A DNA stretch of 63,300 bases from a virus (lineage: Duplodnaviria > Caudoviricetes). This document shows, in pieces, positions 57,711 to 63,300 of this stretch; the first letter of the stretch is position 1; every line of letters begins with the position of its first letter. A program made the position numbers and the translations under genes. The DNA is taken from IMG/VR virus record IMGVR_UViG_3300032280_000788, positions 1-63,300 of that record. The stretch is one strand, 5' to 3'. Below the pieces are notes generated by a model. The model was not told where the DNA came from, searched no databases, and saw only the letters and a list, made by a program, of their open reading frames with translations.

Positions 57711-58282
57711 TTTTTGTAGCGGTTAGGGGTTTTCTTTTTGAACAACTCGAGCAGTTGTGGGACCAGCTCCCACTCCACGGCCAGCACGCAGTGATCGTGC
57801 AGGTCAAGGAACGCGCAGTGCTTAAGGTTATTCTGTTGCAACCAGAACGCCACTTGGTCCGATACCTCCGGCGACGACGCATCGTGGCTCCAAGGGAGCG
57901 TTACGCTCTTCTGGTACCGCGGCAAGGTCACCTTGACTCGGGTTGGGTAGTTATCTGTTGCGGGTAGCGTGCGGCAAACGACCGCGACTAGGTGTGTTAT
58001 GTTGTTATTCACTTTCTTTGTTTCTATTTTTTGTTTAACGTCCCAGACCGCGGGCTCGACTGGTTTCGAGACTCTGGATTCTGGAGACAGGATTTGTGTG
58101 TCGTTCGGCAGTTCGTTGTTGTACGCCTCGAGCGCGCTCGCGTCGCTGGACGCGCGCACCAACTTTCCGGTGGGGAAACACTGGTAGATTGAATTGGTTG
58201 GCTCCCCAGTAACAGGGCACCAACCATCCACATTCGATTTGCCGACAAGGATTGCTGTGGTTGCTTGTATTTTTGCTTTCAT
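57707..58282 (-). CDS. Hypothetical early protein
   Basis: Contains an LPATDNYPTRVK motif; start taken at ATG 58282. Confidence 0.65.
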   Translation of the reverse strand: MKAKIQATTAILVGKSNVDGWCPVTGEPTNSIYQCFPTGKLVRASSDASALEAYNNELPNDTQILSPESRVSKPVEPAVWDVKQKIETKKVNNNITHLVAVVCRTLPATDNYPTRVKVTLPRYQKSVTLPWSHDASSPEVSDQVAFWLQQNNLKHCAFLDLHDHCVLAVEWELVPQLLELFKKKTPNRYKK

Positions 58283-58284
58283 AA

Positions 58285-58926
58285 TTACCAAACATTTAGT
58301 GCTTTGAGCGCCGCGGCGTCGCGATCAAGAAAGGCTGGCCAAGCATGCTCGGCAAGTTTATTCAGCAAGTCTTTGGCGTTGCCGTTGGCGAACAGGACTG
58401 CGGTGGGCTGGACCTTCCACGGGTTGGGCTGTAGTCCGTTCCACGCGGCGTTGGCCAGCGGGTCCACGCTTAAGACTGGCGGCTTGGATAGCAGGCGGCC
58501 AGCGTGCTTGCCGTTCGAGGCCAGCGAGCGCCACACAGCCTCGATCTCGGAGTCGGTAAGCTGTGCGCGTTGGGCAATGGCTTTGACTATTTGACCGATC
58601 TGATCGCGGTCCACGCGAGCGGGTCGTTGCGGGGCGGGCGGGGCTTCCAGCGTTACCGGATCAGGAGCCGCTGGCGCGCTTTGAATGCGGGCTTGGACCC
58701 GTTCGACTCCGAACTGCTGGAGCACCTCGCGCAGGGCTTGCTCGGCCGCGGCCTTGGTCGGGCCCTTGGCGATTACCTGCCCGCAACGGGGGCTCGTAAC
58801 TGCCCAGCCCTTACCCGTTACCGAGCGGTGCAAGACCGCCGTGATTGGGGCGTCCAAAAGTAGGCCCCTGACCTTATAGAATCGGCCTTGTGAATAGGCT
58901 ACTGGTGTTTCTGTTTCTGTGTTCAT
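58285..58926 (-). CDS. Hypothetical early protein
   Basis: 213 aa ending DRDAAALKALNVW. Confidence 0.7.
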   Translation of the reverse strand: MNTETETPVAYSQGRFYKVRGLLLDAPITAVLHRSVTGKGWAVTSPRCGQVIAKGPTKAAAEQALREVLQQFGVERVQARIQSAPAAPDPVTLEAPPAPQRPARVDRDQIGQIVKAIAQRAQLTDSEIEAVWRSLASNGKHAGRLLSKPPVLSVDPLANAAWNGLQPNPWKVQPTAVLFANGNAKDLLNKLAEHAWPAFLDRDAAALKALNVW

Positions 58927-58946
58927 TGTTTTCTATTGGTTTGTGT

Positions 58947-59195
58947 TTAGACCACGAGGTCGATTCCGGCCAAGTGTAGCGATCGGAACTTTTGCTCGCC
59001 GCGGTCATCAATATCCCACGCGCGGACCACCGCGTAGCGCACGCCTTTCTTGCTAAACGCAACGCGGTTGACTTGGTCGATTTTGAATACTCGGACGCCG
59101 GTATTTGTCTGCCGCGAATCGAGCGCGATGTACCGAACAGTGCGGCCTACGAGCTCGCTTATGATTCTTTCAGTGCTTTTTGTTGTTGTTGTCAT
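58947..59195 (-). CDS. Hypothetical early protein (SH3/WYL-like beta fold?)
   Basis: ATG follows the conserved leader of hammerhead A; ends WDIDDRGEQKFRSLHL. Confidence 0.7.
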   Translation of the reverse strand: MTTTTKSTERIISELVGRTVRYIALDSRQTNTGVRVFKIDQVNRVAFSKKGVRYAVVRAWDIDDRGEQKFRSLHLAGIDLVV

Positions 59196-59221
59196 TGTTG
59201 TTGGAGCGGATTGGTTGGCTT

Positions 59222-59283
59222 CCGCGACCGCCCCGCCGAAGCGGTTTGGTTTCGACCCCAAGCCAACGGGTCTCATCAGGCGG
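59222..59283 (-). ncRNA. Type I hammerhead ribozyme A
   Basis: CCGC-CUGAUGA-GACCC/GGGUC-GAAAC-stem III (UUCG)-GUC^GCGG. Confidence 0.9.
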
Positions 59284-59430
59284 TTAACCGCGGTACTCTT
59301 CGTACGCGTCCTTGAGCTTATGCTTTATTAGATCAAACCGAACATCCTCAGTGTCACCAGCGACCAACTCAAGTAGGTCTCTCGCGATAGTGTAGATTTC
59401 CAGTACATTTTCGTCTTTCGTTTTTTCCAT
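59284..59430 (-). CDS. Small acidic protein (48 aa)
   Basis: MEKTKDENVLEIY...EEYRG, between hammerheads B and A. Confidence 0.65.
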   Translation of the reverse strand: MEKTKDENVLEIYTIARDLLELVAGDTEDVRFDLIKHKLKDAYEEYRG

Positions 59431-59455
59431 ATGTTTAGAGCGGATTGGTTGGCTT

Positions 59456-59517
59456 CCGCGACCGCCCCGCCGAAGCGGTTTGGTTTCGGCCGTTGCCACA
59501 CGGCCATCATCAGGCGG
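59456..59517 (-). ncRNA. Type I hammerhead ribozyme B
   Basis: CCGC-CUGAUGA-U-GGCCGU/ACGGCC-GAAAC-stem III-GUC^GCGG. Confidence 0.9.
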
Positions 59518-59809
59518 TTGGGTAACTTATGCCCTCGGGCAAGTCGTCCACAAGTATGATGCGGACTCCGGTGGCCTGCTCGAGCGTCTGGACAAGGCCG
59601 CGGATGCTGGTGCATGTTTCGCGAACATTGACCCAGTGCTCGGCGGTATCGCGGCCCCAGAAGGTGCGCTCGACGACCTCGTCACCATTGCGTATGCGCT
59701 GGTGCGCGAAGTCCCTGTGGTTGCCGCTGTATGGGGACTGCAGGAACAGGTCATAGGTTGGCGTGAAAGCGTCCTCGAGGGACAGCACATGTGATGTTTC
59801 TGTTTTCAT
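59510..59809 (-). CDS. Hypothetical early protein
   Basis: 99 aa; its stop is the UGA of the hammerhead B core. Confidence 0.7.
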   Translation of the reverse strand: MKTETSHVLSLEDAFTPTYDLFLQSPYSGNHRDFAHQRIRNGDEVVERTFWGRDTAEHWVNVRETCTSIRGLVQTLEQATGVRIILVDDLPEGISYPTA

Positions 59810-59812
59810 TGT

Positions 59813-60016
59813 TTAGTAGTGGGTTAAGTGGGTGATGTGGCTCTTGTAGAAGCCGCCTTGGTTGTACCATTGCAGGGTGCACTCGCCGTTGCTGTAGATC
59901 TCGACCAGTCGCCCGAAGCGGACCGGATAGAAGACCCCCTCAACGCGTTCTTTGGGCGGCGGCGGTAGAATCCTATAGGATTCTCCAACGCATAGTTTTA
60001 TAGGGATGTTTGTCAT
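59813..60016 (-). CDS. Hypothetical early protein (67 aa)
   Basis: ATG follows the leader of hammerhead C. Confidence 0.65.
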   Translation of the reverse strand: MTNIPIKLCVGESYRILPPPPKERVEGVFYPVRFGRLVEIYSNGECTLQWYNQGGFYKSHITHLTHY

Positions 60017-60042
60017 TTTTGTTGGTGCGGATTGGTTGGCTT

Positions 60043-60104
60043 CCGCGACCGCCCCGCCGAAGCGGTTTGGTTTCGGCCGTTGCCACACGGCCATCATCAG
60101 GCGG
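60043..60104 (-). ncRNA. Type I hammerhead ribozyme C
   Basis: Identical to copy B over the core and stems. Confidence 0.9.
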
Positions 60105-60107
60105 GGT

Positions 60108-60341
60108 TCAGCGCACCTTGAGGCTGTCAAGGTGCTCGAGCGTCTCTGGGTCGAAGTGCAACACATGGTTGCGGAACTCGGGGCCCAGCTTGTACGCGCC
60201 GTGGTGCGCTTGCTCTTCTTGCTCGGCCGTGAGGCCGGACACTTTCCACCCGGGAGGCAAGCCGCGCGGGTGAACAACGATTCGCGGGCCTTGCCCGCAG
60301 TAGTCTTGTAGCAGGTATGCTTTCATGGTTTCAGGATTCAA
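60108..60341 (-). CDS. Hypothetical early protein
   Basis: 77 aa from TTG 60341; ATG 60326 is an alternative start. Confidence 0.6.
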   Translation of the reverse strand: MNPETMKAYLLQDYCGQGPRIVVHPRGLPPGWKVSGLTAEQEEQAHHGAYKLGPEFRNHVLHFDPETLEHLDSLKVR

Positions 60342-60532
60342 GGTTCAGGGTTCGGATTGGGTGGTAGCTCGTCGTACGGGTCGTGCGGTAGCTCGTCGTA
60401 GTCTGGGTCGTGCGGTAGCTCGTCGTAGTCTGGGTCGTGCGTGTAGCTTGGCTGGCAGGCCGGACAACTGGTTTTGCAGTCCGGCCACCAACGGCTACCG
60501 CACAAGGTGCAGGCGAATGGTGCAGTTTTCAT
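60338..60532 (-). CDS. Zinc-finger protein with three HDP(D)YDELP repeats (64 aa)
   Basis: CTLCG...CPAC followed by 27-bp tandem repeats. Confidence 0.6.
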   Translation of the reverse strand: MKTAPFACTLCGSRWWPDCKTSCPACQPSYTHDPDYDELPHDPDYDELPHDPYDELPPNPNPEP

Positions 60533-60636
60533 CAGTGCAACAGGTGGCGGAGTAGGATTGCGGCCGCGATAAAAGCGGCCCCGCAAAGGGCGGAAATGCA
60601 AACGCCCAGCCAAATTGGTGGTTCAGGTATCTTCAT
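60532..60636 (-). CDS. Small single-TM peptide (34 aa; not in the ORF track)
   Basis: MKIPEPPIWLGVCISALCGAAFIAAAILLRHLLH; start/stop overlaps on both sides. Confidence 0.6.
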   Translation of the reverse strand: MKIPEPPIWLGVCISALCGAAFIAAAILLRHLLH

Positions 60637-60965
60637 TGTTCGGTGGTGGTTGATGGGCAGGCTCGCCCACGCCAGTTGTTGTAGTGCTCGTCGGTGGCCG
60701 CGTCAAGCGCGGGGTGGACTGTGTAGTCCGCCACCAGCTCTGCGGGTTCGTTCCCAAGGACGATGTACGCAGTGACGCGCGAGCCGTCGGTGTGGGCGAG
60801 CCGCACATGGCTTTCGTCGGTGGCGGTTATTTCGGCCACCGCAATCGCGATGGTGGAGGTGCTGACCCAGCCGTCGCCGTTGTTCACGGCGAGGGGCTCG
60901 AGCCCGTGTTTTTCAGCCGTGCGCAGGAAGTCGCGCACGGGGGTTGACCAGTTGTATTTTTTCAT
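60633..60965 (-). CDS. Hypothetical early protein (110 aa)
   Basis: ATG follows the leader of hammerhead D; VLGNEPAELVADY motif. Confidence 0.75.
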   Translation of the reverse strand: MKKYNWSTPVRDFLRTAEKHGLEPLAVNNGDGWVSTSTIAIAVAEITATDESHVRLAHTDGSRVTAYIVLGNEPAELVADYTVHPALDAATDEHYNNWRGRACPSTTTEQ

Positions 60966-60991
60966 TGTTTTTGGAGCGGATTGGTTGGCTT

Positions 60992-61043
60992 CCGCGACCC
61001 CTTGCGGGGTTTCGGCCGTTGCCACACGGCCATCATCAGGCGG
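60992..61043 (-). ncRNA. Type I hammerhead ribozyme D
   Basis: Same core; minimal stem III AC-CCC-GCAA-GGG-GU with a GNRA loop. Confidence 0.92.
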
Positions 61044-61125
61044 GGGGGGTGCGCGCCTCGCGGCCTGCGCCTGCTCTTACTCCTCCTCGGGTTGGGCGCG
61101 TGGCGCGTTCGATTCCTGGGTTCAT
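61036..61125 (-). CDS. 29-aa peptide with an RGGVRAGAGR motif (not in the ORF track)
   Basis: ATGA overlap upstream; its stop is the UGA of hammerhead D. Confidence 0.45.
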   Translation of the reverse strand: MNPGIERATRPTRGGVRAGAGREARTPPA

Positions 61126-61361
61126 GCTGTTGCGAGTTTGCTGAGTTTTGCCACGGCATCACGGATGCCGCCGTAGCCACTGTACGATTTCCCGCCGATT
61201 GGATCGGCACGGTCGATTGCATACCAGTCGCAGACGCTGGTGTATTTGCGGAGTCCGCATCCGGCGCGTTCGCTGATTGTCTTGCGCGTCACTTGGATGT
61301 TGTAGGAGTCCGTGATGTAGACCGCTGTGCCTTTGAAGCTGCTGATTTTGGTTGCTTTCAT
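61122..61361 (-). CDS. Hypothetical early protein (79 aa)
   Basis: ATG follows the leader of hammerhead E. Confidence 0.65.
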   Translation of the reverse strand: MKATKISSFKGTAVYITDSYNIQVTRKTISERAGCGLRKYTSVCDWYAIDRADPIGGKSYSGYGGIRDAVAKLSKLATA

Positions 61362-61387
61362 TGTTGTTGGAGCGGATTGGTTGGCTT

Positions 61388-61454
61388 CCGCGACGACCAG
61401 CACCCCGAAGGGGCTGGTCGTTTCGGCCGTTGCCACACGGCCATCATCAGGCGG
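61388..61454 (-). ncRNA. Type I hammerhead ribozyme E
   Basis: Same core; stem III GACCAGC-CCC-UUCG-GGG-U-GCUGGUC. Confidence 0.92.
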
Positions 61455-61866
61455 CTTGGCGCAGGCGGCGCGCGATGTGGCTCGCGCTGGTGCCTGCTAT
61501 GCTTTCGACCAGTCTGCCGCTGTCGCGGGTGGCGGTCCAATATACACCGGAGCCCTGCCCAGTCGCTCCGGTGAACCGGAAACGCCAGCTAGGAAACAGC
61601 GCGGTGAGAGCCGCGTGCTCTGCCCACTCAACGCTGTGGCCCACGGCAATATTCTCTATCCATGCGTCAGCGGCTCGTTGTGAGCGGCTACAGGCCCAGC
61701 GCAGGCCGCTTTGGTAAGCGTCAGCGTTTATGCTGGGGTGCAGGTACCAAGTGGACCTATGGGCGGCGGAGTGGATGACTAGGCCGCCGCGGCTCTTAAG
61801 AGCGGAGCAGGGTCTGTACGGGTGATTGGTTGGTTCCTTACGATTTTGGAATTGTGTTTGGCTCAT
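61447..61866 (-). CDS. Hypothetical early protein (139 aa)
   Basis: ATG follows the leader of hammerhead F; stop lies in the hammerhead E core. Confidence 0.65.
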   Translation of the reverse strand: MSQTQFQNRKEPTNHPYRPCSALKSRGGLVIHSAAHRSTWYLHPSINADAYQSGLRWACSRSQRAADAWIENIAVGHSVEWAEHAALTALFPSWRFRFTGATGQGSGVYWTATRDSGRLVESIAGTSASHIARRLRQAA

Positions 61867-61892
61867 TATTGTTGGAGCGGATTGGTTGGCTT

Positions 61893-61959
61893 CCGCGACG
61901 ACCAGCACCCCGAAGGGGCTGGCCGTTTCGGCCGTTGCCACACGGCCATCATCAGGCGG
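61893..61959 (-). ncRNA. Type I hammerhead ribozyme F
   Basis: As copy E with an A-U to G-U change in stem III. Confidence 0.92.
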
Positions 61960-62116
61960 CGTTGAATCTGTTAACAATGTTCTGAAGTTCGGCCCTGTAG
62001 TCGTCGCCACATTCGGACCCGAAGGATTCAAGGTCGTCAATGAGTCCACTCGCGAGGGCTAGCAATTCGGCCACGCAATTGGTGGCCACATCAATGGTTG
62101 TGTCAATTTTGTTCAT
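61952..62116 (-). CDS. Small acidic protein (54 aa)
   Basis: ATG follows the leader of hammerhead G; stop lies in the hammerhead F core. Confidence 0.65.
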   Translation of the reverse strand: MNKIDTTIDVATNCVAELLALASGLIDDLESFGSECGDDYRAELQNIVNRFNAA

Positions 62117-62142
62117 TATTGTTGGTGCGGATTGGTTGGCTT

Positions 62143-62208
62143 CCGCGACGACCAGCACCCCGAAGAGGCTGGCCGTTTCGGCCCTTGCTACGGGGCCTCG
62201 TCAGGCGG
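62143..62208 (-). ncRNA. Type I hammerhead ribozyme G
   Basis: CCGC-CUGACGA-GGCCC/GGGCC-GAAAC-stem III-GUC^GCGG. Confidence 0.92.
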
Positions 62209-62620
62209 GTTGTACAGCGGCAAGGAACGCCTCGTCGCTGGCGCCATTGGCTCGGGCGGCATCGAGCGCAACCTTGAGTTCGGCCGCGGCCTGCTCGAAT
62301 GTGACGAACAGGCTGTGCTTGTACTCGTATCCCTGCGGGTTTGGCCCGTCCAAGCGGCCGCGGCTCGAGGCCTTTTCGAGGACCGCGATCGAGTCCTGCT
62401 GAAGCACCACCGCGAGGTGGTGCGCGTGCCATCCGTCGGGGGCAAACCCTACCACAACAAGCGTGGGTTGCGGCTGGCCTTCCCACTCGCTTTCGTGCAG
62501 GATCGAGGCGTGAGCCTCAAAGCCCGTTGCGGCGAGCGCGGCGGCGGCGTCTTTACGGATGATTCTCTCGCCAGTCTTTTCGACCAGCAAGCCGATATTT
62601 AACTCGATTTCCTTTTTCAT
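62201..62620 (-). CDS. First early gene; possible SAM lyase-like protein (139 aa)
   Basis: LNIGL...W.G...PTLVV...LA..L.QDSIAV resembles phage SAM lyases; stop lies in the hammerhead G core. Confidence 0.55.
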   Translation of the reverse strand: MKKEIELNIGLLVEKTGERIIRKDAAAALAATGFEAHASILHESEWEGQPQPTLVVVGFAPDGWHAHHLAVVLQQDSIAVLEKASSRGRLDGPNPQGYEYKHSLFVTFEQAAAELKVALDAARANGASDEAFLAAVQPA

Positions 62621-62625
62621 TTTTT

Positions 62626-62712
62626 TGGTGCCCTCTGCCTTGGCCAGACTTGGGACTGGCACCGCGCGGCTTGCACCATTGCAGGCTTGTTCGCGGTGGT
62701 GGCATTGCACCA
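62626..62712 (-). ncRNA. Type P1 twister ribozyme
   Basis: P1 UGGUG/CACCA; C^AA; P2 UGCC/GGCA; T2 AC/GU; P3 CACCGCG/CGCGGUG; P4 CCAG/CUGG; L4 UCCCAAGU; 3' GAGGG (T1). Confidence 0.88.
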
Positions 62713-63169
62713 TGGCCCGTTACACTGCGGGCCAAAGATCGGGGACTGGGAAAGAACTGGGACCACCGCTTGGAACTCGCCGCCGGACCCCGTGCTGGGG
62801 CGGCGGCCGATCCGCTTTTGTGGGTGACCTTGCGGCCAACGAAAATCAATGTAGGGCAGGATCCGTTTTTGTCACCAACTTTTTTCGGAAAAGTTTGCAG
62901 GGTAGCACAAAACCCCTTGTTTTATAGCTTATTGACCCCGAAAATATTTTTCAAGAAAATGTCAAAAAGATGTTTTGTATACGCTTTTTTGCGAACTACT
63001 AGGAGTTTAGTATTTGAGCGAAATGTCGTTTTGTATACACCGCCAGAGCAAAGCAGGATGGTTGCATTTTGCGCAACTTTCCTGCGCCTAGCAACCAGCA
63101 ACCAGCGCCAAGACTACACTCGCCAAGTGTAGCGTTTCGGGAGCGTGTACCACCAGCCAACCAGCCCGG

Positions 63170-63300
63170 GCCGATCCACCTGCCGATCCACCTGCCGATC
63201 CACCTGCCGATCCACCTGCCGATCCACCTGCCGATCCACCTGCCGATCCACCTGCCGATCCACCTGCCGATCCACCTGCCGATCCACCTGCCGATCCACC
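63170..63300. repeat. 12-bp tandem repeat GCCGATCCACCT, ~11 copies (right end)
   Basis: Perfect copies running to the end of the window. Confidence 0.98.

Noticed and set aside
60520-60540. Additional CUGAUGA as an eighth hammerhead
   Set aside because: No stem II-GAAA-stem III follows it; it is simply a TGATG stop/start overlap.
59196-62208. Repeats read as a CRISPR array or as integron attC cassettes
   Set aside because: The spacers are whole ORFs of about 150-870 bp. No cas1/cas2 or tyrosine integrase is recognisable, and the repeats match the hammerhead core instead.
58947-62713. ORF-track N-terminal extensions such as MATAET...VAEANQSAP
   Set aside because: These are read-throughs of the ribozyme repeat from alternative start codons. 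The likely true starts are the ATGs after the conserved leader.
1-63300. Stop-codon reassignment or prophage state
   Set aside because: Core genes are intact in the standard code with all three stops used. No integrase, repressor module or flanking host genes are seen.

Overview
The window appears to be a complete or near-complete ~63 kb genome of a podovirus-like tailed dsDNA phage, opened inside a 12-bp tandem repeat (GCCGATCCACCT) present at both ends. The + strand carries portal, scaffold, major capsid, lysis and tail-fibre genes (2.3-24.8 kb), then the terminase large subunit, putative internal virion proteins and a 4,416-aa polyvalent protein (39.1-56.4 kb). The - strand carries a replication module (primase-helicase, family A DNA polymerase, DUF2800-type nuclease, SF2 helicase, RuvC-like resolvase, dNTP diphosphohydrolase, tRNA-Thr; 24.8-39 kb) and an early-type region of small genes (56.5-62.7 kb). 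I found no integrase, RNA polymerase, reverse transcriptase or cas operon. The main finding is in the early region: its - strand transcript is punctuated by eight predicted self-cleaving ribozymes, one type-P1 twister before the first gene and seven type-I hammerheads between genes. Five of the hammerheads use the UGA of their catalytic core as the stop codon of the upstream gene, and each is followed by a conserved leader. This suggests a protein-free equivalent of T7 RNase III early-mRNA processing. All protein calls come from motif recognition by eye; no database search or folding program was run.
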